From assembly GCA_965644315.1 (NCBI GenBank), contig CBFFRQ010000031.1:558001-622000 (forward strand): 64,000 nucleotides of DNA, read 5' to 3'. The notes beneath the pieces were generated by a model that did no database searches, was not told the origin of the DNA, and worked only from the letters and a program-made list of their open reading frames with translations. A program made the translations under genes and the position numbers. Shown piece by piece: positions 11,317 through 22,871 of the stretch (position 1 is the stretch's first letter; each line of letters begins with the position of its first letter). The stretch is from Caecitellus pseudoparvulus. Lineage: Eukaryota; Protista; Bigyra: Bicosoecida.

Positions 11317-12730
11317 ATGTGGCGAGGAGTGTGCTCAGCGGTTCGGCGTGCAGCCGGCACAGCTGCCCGACTGGCAGTCCCAGCGCTGGCAAGCGGCGCT
11401 GCCGTCGCCGCTGTGCTTGGGAGCGTGCACCCAGCCGCAGCAGAAGCAAGTGGAGGCAAGCTAGCGGGTGCAGAAGGAAGCACATGCGAACATGTCTGTG
11501 AACGTGTGCGGGAAGCAGTCTGCAAGATTTCATGGGAGCAGAACTGTGCGTGCCTTCTGGCGCCTGCGTTTCGCCTGCGTTGCCCACGCCACGCTTCCCT
11601 GGCCCGGCATTCCCCGCCCCACAGCTGTCCTTGGCAAGGGCACTCACTCAGGAACCGGGTTCACAATCAGCGAGGATGGTTTGATCATCACGAATGACCA
11701 CGTCGTATCCCGGGGTGACTTGCAGCACGCTGCGCTGGTGAAGGCCACTTTCGCCGATGGAAGGACTTGCGCTGCAAGGCTCGTTGGCTACGACCGTGAC
11801 ACGGACGTTGCCGTGCTAAAGGTTGTGCCACGGCACGCGAGTCGCAAGTTCCAGGCTCTGGAGATCGTCGATGATGATGCGCTCATCACGCTGGGCATGC
11901 CAGTGTATGCCGTGGGTTGTCCCTTGGGAGGAAACATTGCCTGCACTGCTGGCATCGCGTCAGCCCAGTACCAGGTGGCTGACGACTTGGTCATCTCTCG
12001 GGTGGCCTCCCACGGCGACACCCACAACAACGCCCGCACACGCCTGCTGCAGTTCGACGCCCAAGTGCAGCAGGGCTCCAGTGGCTCCCCCGTCGTGAAC
12101 GCGTCAGGCAAAGTCGTGGGCATTGCCAGCATGCTGAAGGCGGAGTCCATTTCCCTGGCTGTGACAGGCTCAGAGCTCGCTACGAGTGTGCGCAATATCC
12201 TCGGCCGAGGGTACGTCCCGCGCCCCTACCTGGGTCTCGGCATCGACGAGGTGGACTGGCTGGAGTGGGATGCCCACTTGAGGGTGGTGAACGGCGTGGC
12301 GCCCCTGCCCCCCTCTGTGGACAGGGCTATCTTCGTCTCGAAGGTGGTCCCTGGGGGCCCTGCTGCTGCTGCTGGGCTGCAGGTGGGCGATGTCATCACC
12401 GCTGCCAATGGAGTGGCCACGCCGTTCAAGGGTGACCTCTTCGGGCAGCTGGGGAAGGAGTACGTGCCAGGCTTCAAGCTGCGCCTGGAAGTGCTGAGGC
12501 CCAAGCGCCTGAGCAGCACAGAGCGGACCGCTGTGGAGCGTGCCTTCGCCAGACACATGCCTGCGCAGGGTGCCCAAGGCACGCCTCGCCTGACCACCGG
12601 CGACAGCCTCGTCCTGGCCTCAGCTGCGCTGGCAGTGGAGGGACAGTCATGGGCATCTCACTTTGATCGACTGACCGTCACCCTGTCACCCACTGAGCTG
12701 CCCCGCTCACAGCCGCGCCTTCGTCGGTAG
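11317..12730 (+). CDS. HtrA/DegP-family serine protease with PDZ domain, probable mitochondrial presequence
   Basis: Exons 11317-11545 and 11625-12730 (intron GTGCGT..ACAG). SGTGF; triad contexts TNDHVV, DTDVAVL and QGSSGSP; PDZ motifs RPYLGL and GPAAAAGLQVGDVI. The N-terminus MWRGVCSAVRRAAG is Arg/Ala-rich and free of acidic residues. Confidence 0.87.
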
Positions 12731-12963
12731 GGCGGAGGGTCGAGGGGGCCTGCGGAATGCAGAGGCCTGCACATAACACTATAAAGCCGCCCAACTTGCC
12801 CCCCCCGCGGTTCCCAGGAGTTGGCATCTCAAGCTGTCTGTGGCGCTTGCCTGGCGCCTCCTGCTGCGCAACTCTCAAGCTTGAGCAAGCAGCTCTACTG
12901 CTGCACCTGCCCTGTGGTGGCGCGTGCATTTGCATCTGTGAAACTCCGCCCCAGCACACAACC

Positions 12964-14403
12964 ATGGCTGCAGCCCAGGCGAAAATTGCGGAGATTGGTG
13001 CGTGTAGCAGCTTGACTGCTGGCATAGGCGGGGCCAGTGCAGTGCGCGTGTGCCAGGGCAAGCCGCACGAGCCCTGAACCACACGTGCGCCGCGGCACAG
13101 AGGCGGAGATGGCCCGGACGCAGAAGAACAAGGCCACAGCTAAGCATCTTGGAATTCTCAAGGCAAAGCTGTCCAAACTCAAGGCTGAGGCAGCGGGCAT
13201 CGGAGGCTCAGTGAGGCAGACCACAGGTGGCCAGGCCATCAATTTCCGCACTCACGTACACCCTCCCTGCTTCCTCTCAGGGCGGTGGCGCCAAGCCTGG
13301 AGATGGTTTCGACGTGACAAAGGTGTGTACACCCCGGGTTGTGGCAGCCGGCACGTCCACATCACGTTGGCGTGACACACTTCCCTGTGCACCTCCTCGC
13401 AGTCGGGAGACACCCGAGTGGGCCTCGTTGGCTTTCCATCGGTGGGCAAGAGCACCCTCTTGACGAAGCTGACTGGCACAGAGTCAGAGGCTGCCTCGTA
13501 TGAGTTCACTGTGCGTGGAGGGCGGCAGCGCAGTCGTACAGGCGCCGCCGCACCGCTGTCGCCGTGAGCTTGCCCCCCCTCGCACAGACTCTGACCGCCA
13601 TTCCCGGCACACTGCACTACCGGGGTGCCAAGATCCAGGTGGTGGACCTCCCAGGTATCATCGAAGGCGCGAAGGACGGTAAGGGGCGTGGGCGGCAGGT
13701 CATCGGCACGGCGCGCACCTGCAACCTCATCCTCATCGTCATTGACGCCACGAAGCCCCTCACCCACAAGCACATCATCACGCACGAGCTGGAGGGCTTC
13801 GGCATCCGGCTGAACAAGGAGAAGCCTGACATTAACATCCGCAAGACAGACAAGGGCGGCGTCGTGTGGCGCGCCGTGCAGCCCCAGCGGCGCCTGGAGG
13901 GAGACATGATTCGGGCTATCTGCTCCGAGTACCGCATGTCCAACTGCGAGGTGCACATCCGGTACCCCAATGCGACGGTGGAGGACTTGATCGACGTGCT
14001 GTCTACCCGCACCGTGTATATTCCGGCCCTGTTCGTCCTGAACAAGATCGACGCCATCTCCATCCAGGAGCTGGAGCTGTACTCCCAGGTGCCACACTAC
14101 GTGCCTCTGTCTGCCAAGGATGGCTGGAACATGGACGAGCTGCTGGAGAAGGTGTGGGACAAGTGCAAGATGATCCGCATCTACACCAAGCCCAAGGGGC
14201 AGTTCCCGAACTTCGCCGAGCCCGTCATCCTGCACAACTTGACGCCGTCCGTGGAGGACTTCTGCAACCGCATCCACAAGGGGATGGTGGCCACCTTCAA
14301 ACATGCGTGGGTGTGGGGGCGGTCTGTGAAGCACCAGCCTCAACGAGTGGGCATCGGACACATCCTTGCCGACGAAGACGTCATCCAGATCGTGAAGAAG
14401 TGA
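12964..14403 (+). CDS. DRG1: Developmentally regulated GTP-binding protein 1 (OBG family)
   Basis: Exons 12964-12997, 13101-13210, 13281-13322, 13403-13510 and 13588-14403. Motifs [51 protein letters not shown], and a TGS domain ending [20 protein letters not shown] and [10 protein letters not shown] favour DRG1 over DRG2. Confidence 0.94.
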
Positions 14404-14692
14404 GGGCTGCGCTGGCCCTGCCTCGGCCCACGGGTTTGCAGCGAGGCGCGTGCCAGCGGCTGCTGCGCCAGCCGTCGGCACGCGCAGTCAGTGAACGGTG
14501 GGGACCAAATGCGATGCTCTCAATGAACACCACACACCCAGATGTGCGTGTGAAGGCTTCCCCTCCCACCAGTGCCTTGCAGCCCCTCGCAGTGCATCAC
14601 TCCCCGCGCGCCGACCCCGCCCAACCCTTGCGTTTCGCCTGGAGTTTCAGGGTCTTCCCTGTCGCCCTCCCGACCGCTTCTGGACCTTCACG

Positions 14693-16479
14693 ATGGCATC
14701 CTCCCTGCTGTCCATCTTTGAGACGTACCAGAAAGCACGGGTGCAGTTTGTGCAGGCAGTGGCAGAGGCGGCCACCCGTCCTCAAGCTATCGACACCCTC
14801 ACAAATGCCGGCGCCATGCAGCTGCTGCGTCCGCTGCTGTTGGACAATGTGCGTGGTTCCCGCGCGCCGCATGTGGTTCTTGGGAAACAATTCTCAACTG
14901 GCTCCTAAGCGGTGGCTTGTGTTGCCCCAAGCAGCGGCGCTTCGCGCCTGCGCGCTGCAGCAGCCCCGGCACTTCGACTTGTCATCGTGCGAGCCCTTAT
15001 TTCCGCACTCGCAGGTGCCCAGCATTCAGCAGACAGCTGCGTTGGCATTGGGGCGCCTCGCAAACTATAGCGATGATCTAGCAGAGGCTGTCGTGGCTAA
15101 TGAAATCCTCCCCCAGCTCGTGTACTCCCTGGGCGAGCAGAACGTGAGTGTCAGGTGTGGACAGGGTGTTGCGGTTTCGCCAGCACGCGAGCGCTCGGGT
15201 GCTACCCCAGACCTGCACGTGCCCCCCTCCTCTGCCCCCATTCCAGCGCTTCTACAAGAAAGCTGCAGCCTTTGTGCTGCGGGCTGTTGCCAAGCACTCG
15301 CCTGAGTTGGCCCAGGCTGTCGTGGACGCCGGCGCCTTGGAGGCTCTCGTGCTGTGCCTGGAGGAGTTCGACCCATCTGTGAAGGAGGCAGCGGCATGGG
15401 CGCTGGGGTACATTGCCTCCCACACAGCAGACCTGGCCCAGGCTGTCGTGGACGCTGGCGCCGTGCCCCTCCTTGTCCTGTGCATCCAGGAGCCGGAGAT
15501 CTCCCTGAAACGCATCACGGCCTCGGCACTCAACGACATCTCCAAGCACACGCCGGAGCTGGCGCAAGCCGTCGCAGACGCAGGGGCTGTCACATACCTG
15601 GCGCCCCTTGTGGAGCACGATGACTCGAAGCTGAAGCGGCAGGTGTGCTCCTGTCTGGCCCAAGTGGCCAAGCACAACGTGGACCTGGCCGAGGTGGTGG
15701 TGGAGGCGGAGATCTTCCCGAAAATCCTGAACTGCCTGAAGGACATCGATATCTACGTGCGCAAGAACGCAGCCACGTGCATCCGGGAAGTCGTCAAACA
15801 CACGCCAGAGCTTGCCAAGCTCGTGGTGAATGCGGGCGGTGGCGCGGCGCTGGTGGACTATGTTCGGGAGTCCGCCGGCAACGTGCGTCTGCCAGGCATC
15901 ATGGCTCTGGGGTACATCTCAGCATTCAGCGAGACTCTGGCCCTGGCCGTCATCGTTGCCAAGGGCGTGGAGGTGCTGAAGGAGGCCTTGCTCAAGGAGC
16001 CGGAGGACCACCTGAAAGCGGCGACGGTGTGGACGCTCGGGCAGGTGGGCCGCCACACGCCTGACCATGCCAAGGCGCTGGCGGAGGCAGGCATCATGCA
16101 GCCCATGGTGGTGCTGCACGTGCGTCCAGATTCCTCCCCAGATCTGCAGTTGAAGGCGAAGCGCGCCCTGAAGGCTGTGCTGGCCAAGTGCACCGACGCG
16201 CACGCTCTGGCGCCGCTGCTGCGGGATGCCAACGAGAAGGTGCAGAAGTACGTGCTGGCACAGTACGCAGCCATCCTCCCTCACAACGTCGGGGCACGGA
16301 AGGCGTTCATGCAGACAGGCCTGCTGCAGCGGGTGCAGGACATCAAGCGCACGGCAGGACCCAAGGTGCAGGAGAGCATCGCCAAGATCAATGCCTGCTT
16401 CCCGCCCGAGGCCGTGAAGTTCAGCGACAAGGAGTACGCCTCTGAGTTGCTGGCCAAGATCGACGACGAAGCCATGTGA
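14693..16479 (+). CDS. SPAG6: Flagellar central-pair armadillo protein PF16/SPAG6
   Basis: Exons 14693-14848, 15015-15143 and 15247-16479 (about 505 aa). Motifs FETYQKARVQFVQAVAE, LLRPLLLDNVPSIQQTAALALGRLAN and RFYKKAAAFVLRAVAKHSPELAQ, with ARM repeats. Confidence 0.95.
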
Positions 16480-16725
16480 GCGTCACCTCTGGCTCGCCAA
16501 TGTACCCTTTGCACTTGCAACTCCACCGCCTGCGCTTGGGCCAGCGCCACAACGGAGCCGTGTCACATTTAAATGGCAATACAGGCCAATGGCAGTGTGT
16601 GCGGTGGGGGGATCACGACTGCATTCAAGAACATTGCACTGCGTGGGCCTGAACCGCCACCGGCAGGCTCAGCGCGGCGTGGGGGGCGATGATCAGAGCA
16701 AGAGCTGGGCATACACGTGCGGAAA

Positions 16726-19700
16726 ATGGCAACTCAGCCACGCCACGAGGAGCTGGACATCAGGGGAGTGAATGTCCGTTTCCCCTTCAAACCTTATGAG
16801 TGCCAGCTGACATACATGGAGCGTGTTCTGGAGTCGCTTCAGACTTGCCAGAATGCCCTCCTGGAGTCGCCCACTGGCACCGGGAAGGTAGGCCGCGCCT
16901 ACTTGAGTGAACTGTCTCGATATTCGGCTACACGCCTCCGTGGCGTTCCGTTCGCAGACCCTCAGCTTGCTGTGCGCCACTCTCTCTTGGCAGCAGGCAT
17001 ATGGTGCTGCTCTGGACCTTGCCAGGGCGCACCGTCTTTCTCCCGACCACGCAGACGCGCCCGCTTCGCCTACCCACAGCGGCGGAGCCCAGGACACTGG
17101 CGAACTGGAGCACACCCGCAGCATATTGAAGCGAGCCAGTGGTATGCTGCGTCTGCCTGAAGATAGAAGGGCTGCGCCCTCTCTGCGCGCAGTGGGGTTT
17201 CACCGAGAAGGCATCAGGCTACCAGGCCAGCAGTATGCGTACGCTGATGGCCCCGGGAGGCAAGCACCCACCGAAACTGGCGCGGCGGCGAACGCCCTAC
17301 CGAAAAGGGCAAGCACGATCGTATACAGCAGCCGAACACACTCGCAGCTTGTGCAGGTTGTGAAGGAACTGAAGGCCAGTGCTTTCAAGCCTCGGACGGC
17401 TGTGCTAGGCTCGCGAGAGCAGCTCTGCGTGCACCCAACCATCTCTCGCCTTTCGGGGGCAACGCAAGGGAACGCTTGCAAGTCCACGTGCAAGTCCAGG
17501 TCATGTACCTTTCGAAGCAACCTGAATGCGTTCTTGGATGCACCAAATTCTGCCTTTGACCTTCCCCACGCGCACTGGACCAGCGGCCAAGATCGAGAGC
17601 TTCGCTTGCCATCTGGGCGGGGCCAGGCGGCAGGCCGCGATGGGGCGTCCGCCCCTCACGAGGCCGTCGTGCAAGACATCGAAGATTTGGTGACAATGGG
17701 GCGCAGTAAGGAGGTCTGCCCTTACTTTGCCATGCGAGACGACCGGACTCTCGCTGCTGCCGAACTAGTGCTCATGCCATACAACTACCTGCTGGATGCA
17801 ACGGTCCGGCGCACGGTTGCCGTCGATTGGTTCAACGCCGTCATCATTTTTGACGAGGGGCATAACATCGAAAGCGTTGCCGCCAATGCTGCTTCGTTCG
17901 ACCTGTCGACGCTTGACATATCTCGATGCGTTACAGAGATGACCCCCATAGTGAAGCTTGCGCTTGAGGCTGCGGCGGGACCATCCCCCGATCCGCTCCA
18001 GCAAGCGTTCCTTGAGCATTTTGACGCAGAAAGCTGCAGGAATGTACCCATGATGAAAGGCGTGTTTCTTGAAATCGAAGCCCATCTGTGCGGAATGGAG
18101 CTGCCACCTGGTTCGTGAAGCCGTGTCAAGTCATCTCCTTCCCCACACGCACACTCTCTCAATTGCTTCTCCACAGAGAAGAACTCCCCAGGGGCCGTCT
18201 TCCCAGGAGCCAAGATCTACGAGCTCATGGCGGAATGGAACATCACCTTTGAAACCCACCCGCTCATGATTGACATGCTGGACAAGTGCATCGCGTGGTT
18301 GCAGGAGCGGGACGCGAGTGCCATTGGAAGGGGCTCAGTGACCAGTGGGAGGGGAGGCCTCGGCCTTGAACGCTTTCGAGGAGTACTGAACACTATCTTC
18401 AAAGACAAAGAGTCCGCTCTAGCTCTCGCCGCTCACTACAACATGGTGGTGCACGAGGCTACATCCAGGCGCTCAGGGTTTGGCGGGGCCGAGCGCAAAG
18501 CCGTGCGCACGCTGAGCTTTTGGTGCATGACGCCTGGTGTGGCCATGCAAGAACTACAACGTCAGGGCATACGCAGCTTCATTGTGACGTCTGGAACTCT
18601 CGCTCCCATGTCATCCTACGCCTCTGAGCTCCAGCTCCCATTCCCCATTCAGCTTGAGAACACACACGTTATCCACAACTCGCAAGTGCTGCTGCGCATT
18701 CTTGAGAGGGGTCCAACTGGGCGAGGGCTGACGAGTGCCTACGGGCAGCGGGACCTCCCCGACTACAAGGAGGAGTTGGGGAAGACTGTGGTGAACGTTT
18801 GCCGCATCGTCCCACATGGCGTCCTGGTCTTCTTCCCATCATTCTCCGCCCTACGATCTGCCGTAGAACACTGGCAGGTTGCTAATGGAGGTGCGCTGTG
18901 GGGAGCTCTCACTCGCGAGAAGACGGTTGTTGTCGAAGGGGGCTCCAAGAGCCAGCACCGCTCAGGTGACCCTGCCGAGCCCCACAAGCCAAGCCAGGCG
19001 CTGCACTCTGGACAGGAGCCGCGCAGTGTAGCAAGGCCAACGGCACCACAAACACAGAAGACGCACGGCAAGTTCATGACGGTACTCTCTGACCGGACAG
19101 GCGGGTTCGGGACTGCCAACGGCCGCGCAGGTAGCGGCCCCAGGACCAGAGTAATCGGCCGAGGCGACTCTATGCTTCCTGCCCTGCAAGCACCCACGCC
19201 CGCATCAGCCGACGACCCGTTCTTGTCTGCCATTAACCACTTCAACGAGACCGCTGGAGTCGGGAGAGGGGCTGTGCTGCTGGCTGTGTGCCGTGGGCGT
19301 GCATCAGAAGGCATCGACTTCTCTGACGCAAAGGCTCGTGCGGTCATACTGACTGGTATTCCATACCCCCCCGTGTTCGACCCTAAGGTGGCTGTTAAAC
19401 GAGCTCACTTGGATGCGAAGGCGGCGGCTCCGCAGACACAGCTCAAGAAAGGGCAGCGCCCCCTCTCTGGGAGAGAGTGGTACTCTCAGCAAGCTGCTCG
19501 TGCAGTAAACCAGGCTGTTGGGAGAGTTATTCGGCACAAGCATGACTATGGGGCAATCATTTTGGCAGACTCGCGATTTGCCGCCCTCTCCGGACCATCA
19601 TCGGCGCGAACGCAGCTGAGCAAATGGCTGCAGCCTTTCATCGCCACTGCGGCCAAGTACGCAGAGCTTCCGAGGGCTTTGTCTCAGTTTTTCCGCAGGA

Positions 19701-20596
19701 ATTCGCGGGCAGATGAACTTCGAGCGCCTACTGCGGCCCCCAAGGCTGCAGCTGTGCGCCATGGACGAGGAGACGATCCCCCTGCTCCATTGTCCGCAAG
19801 CCTCATGCTGGAACTGGGCCTTTCAGATGCGAGGCCGCCACCTGAGGCAAATAAAACCAGCGCGGCAGCTGTGGTATGCAGCTCTACCCCTTCGCTTGCA
19901 GAGCGCTTTCGAGCCACTGCTGCGCCACAGGGTGCGTCGCCGAGGCTGACTCGAGCCCCGACGCAGGCAGCACGACCCGCTCCCCCTGGAAAATCTGGGA
20001 AGCGCGCAAGAGGCTTGATGGATTTGTATTCATCCGCAAGCAGGTCGTCTGCAAGGCCTATGCTTTCGGCGTCTGACACTGCATCTGCTACCAGTTCGTT
20101 TCTTGGAAGTTTGGTGCATGCTGGAGGGGCAAGGGCGACGGAGGGCAGTGAGGCAAGTTTACCTCAGCAGATGCATTCCATGCCAACCCATTCTGCCCCA
20201 CAGAGCAGCGGGGGTGGATCCAAGCAGTCATTTGTGCAAGCCGTCAGGGTGGCATTGGATGGAAGCACGGTTTTGGTTGGGGAGAAGAGCCTCAAGAGCT
20301 ACTCATTGTTCCGGGATGGATTAAAAGCAATGCGTGGCGCAGAAAACCCAGAAGGCTTCATTGCCGGGCTAAAGAACGTCATTCGCGCATTCCATGCCGT
20401 GGCCGGCGGCACATGTGGCACCCCCCCCACGGTGCCGCTCGTGCAGCGGCTCAAATTGCTGTCACAGCTACACGGTATGCTGCCCGACATCCACAAAGCT
20501 GCTGCCACTCAGCTAATCAATCGTCTCACTGGTCAAGGAGGCGTGCTGCAAGCCATTGGGGGTCATAAACGTCCTCGAACGCATGGCGAGCCCTAG
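16726..20596 (+). CDS. RTEL1: RTEL1-like Fe-S DNA helicase (XPD/FANCJ/RTEL1 family)
   Basis: Exons 16726-16887, 16958-18110 and 18177-20596. Motifs [25 protein letters not shown], Fe-S cysteines (LGSREQLC...CPYF), [31 protein letters not shown] and [21 protein letters not shown]-terminal helical segment resembles a harmonin-N-like domain. FANCJ is not fully excluded. Confidence 0.85.
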
Positions 20597-22714
20597 CGAC
20601 GACGCTTCACACCACCCACGACAGCGCTGGAACGAGCTGGCCCCAAGCCAGCAGCCGCTTGTGCCCCAACTCCAGTACCACTTTTCTCGTCTTCTATCTC
20701 TGAGTCAGAGTCTGTGGTACCCTGCACAAGAGGATCCAAGCGCATGATGGCGTCCGCAAGAGCAGCTTCTTCCATGCGCAGCGCTGTGTCTAGCGTGTTG
20801 AATGCGCTCGTGATGCCAGCCTTAACAGCATCCCCTGCACCTGCTGCTCTAGTCAAGCTAGTGAGCTTCACTGTTTTTACTACCTCGGCATCCGCAAGCT
20901 GTGCTACCTGCATCTGCAAAGCGCGATGCCAAAGCACGTACGCTCCCTCACGAACATCCCCTTCAACGTCATCGCCATCACTTTCGCCTTGGACAAACTG
21001 CTTCAAAGCATGGATCTCATCACGCTCCATGTCACTTCCAGTTTCATCAAAGTCTTCACCTGCTTCCTGAGATGGCGCAGGCGAGTCTGCAGCAACTGTC
21101 GCTGCTGCAGGTGTAGCTGATGCGCCAGGCAATGCAATGGAGAAGGCGAAGGAAGGAGCAGCCGCCGCAGCAGTACCACTCGAGGCAGCAGGCACCGGCG
21201 AAGGAGTTCTGGCGGGCGCAGCCTTTCGCTCGGCAATAGGCAGCATCTGAAGCAACCTTGACACCTGCAAAGCCGCAGCACAGCTGGCCGGGTCACTCTT
21301 CAGTTGCAGCACCAGCTCAGACATCTGCGCAGGCCATTCCAATCTGTGAGAGGCCACAGTAGAAGGGGCTTCTCTCTGCTGTGCTCTTGATAGCCATGGT
21401 TGAGGCAGCGGAACGATGGGCGCTTCGACACGAAGCAAATTTAGCCTCAAGGCTACTTCTGGGTCAACTCCCCCCAAGGCTTGGCGAACGCGTGGCTGGG
21501 GCCGCGACGCTGCTGTAGCAGCGCCTTCTTGCCCTTTACTGGGTGCCTTCGGGGCGTGCCGTTTCGTGCGGCCCCGTGTTCGTTTTGCCGCAGGCTGCAC
21601 AGCCTCTTCGCCGCTGTCTGTGTCCTCGTCAGAGCTGCCCCCCACACCACTCCCAGCTGGCCCACCATGAACCGTCACTTTCCCACCTTTTGCCGCGGCC
21701 TGCGTGACGACAAAGCTTGGGCCAGTGACCGGTTCCCATCCGCTCATGTGACCATCGCAAGCTTGAAGGCTAGCAGGTGGCCGCCGCACAAAGAAGTCGC
21801 ACACTGATCGAAAGGCCCAGAACTCAGCGTCATCCATGGCAAGGACTTGAAGCGCGGACCCCAGCTCCCTTGAAACGCAGCCTCCTGGCCCAACCGGAAC
21901 ATATGCCCCACCGTCATCGCAGGGCACAGGCAGCCAGCCTGCAGCCTGCAGCAAGCTAACTCGCATCTCAACGCTCTCCCTCGGCGAGTGCAGGGGTGTC
22001 AACTGACTCCTTTCTGCATCTTGAGTACGAGACATGGCCGTGACTACAGCAGCTTCCATCTCAGCAAGCTCGGTCGCCGCTTGAACAATGTGCGAAAGAG
22101 CCACAGTGAAGGCTGGGTCTCGGGGTGCAACACTGGGTGCAGGAAGCAAACACCTTAGGGCTGCCTGTTGCAGCGGCGAGCAACCCCCACTAACTGTGTA
22201 AATAACAGAACCGGGACCGGGGGTGGTACCCGGTTTCTCGCACCACACAAGCTTGCCCTCGAACCTTCCCAACCGCTCAAGCAAGTTTGCGAACCAGAGC
22301 GTTGCCGTTGTGGGGGCGAGGGCTGCGGCCTTCTCTGCCTTGCCCGCTAAAGTAAGCAGCAAGCCTACACAGCGCTTGAGTTGGGCACTTGGGACTACAT
22401 ACTGGGAAGAGCTTCCATCTGCAGCAAACCTGACTTCTTCTGTGGCAGGGTAGGGACAGCCATCGTGAGCGAAAGCTTGCGGAATTTGCATGCTTTCCAC
22501 GTACCTGGTGTGAACGGCTTCGGGCTTGCATCGGCTGCGCGTTCCTGCAGGCCAGAGAGGGAGGACGAAATTCAAGGTGTTGGACTGTCAAGGCACATGC
22601 AGGGAGCTGGGGACTCACACTTGTCTCGTGGCGCTTGATGACCTGGACAAGGTCCGCAACATCCAGCAGCTGGGACAAAGTGCCCGACCACCACCCACGC
22701 AGCTCTTCGTCCAT
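20593..22714 (-). CDS. Hypothetical protein (~680 aa) with segments resembling the Rubisco-LSMT/SETD6 substrate-binding domain and acidic/low-complexity inserts
   Basis: A long ORF 22575-20593, plus a probable first exon 22714-22621 (MDEELRGWWSG...HET) joined by a phase-1 intron 22620-22545 (GTGTGA..GCAG). The C-terminus ends in a basic VKRRR. The domain resemblance is by eye only. Confidence 0.6.
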
Positions 22715-22871
22715 ATCGAAGCAAAGATGCCTCAGCGACGAAAGTCTGCCTTACAATGGCAGAGTTCTGGACTGTGATATCATGGATTTTGTGGGCTGTG
22801 GGTACGCCGCCAGTTCCGGCTCCTGGAGGGCCTGGGCGCTGCCCCCGCGGACCAACTCGAGCGCAAGCAGC

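Noticed and set aside
12779-12786. TATAAA upstream of DRG1 as a TATA box
   Set aside because: A single hexamer about 180 bp before the ATG and about 50 bp after the previous stop, not seen at the other genes. It could equally be a 3'-end element.
13252-15305. 409-aa minus ORF (13252-14481) and 479-aa plus ORF (13866-15305)
   Set aside because: The first is antisense to strongly codon-biased DRG1. The second is an off-frame read-through that only picks up SPAG6 exon 2.
15290-15600. Repeated 'GCCCAGGCTGTCGTGGACGC' segments as a DNA repeat or CRISPR-like array
   Set aside because: They are the coding consequence of SPAG6 armadillo repeats (LAQAVVDAGA), not repeat-spacer units.
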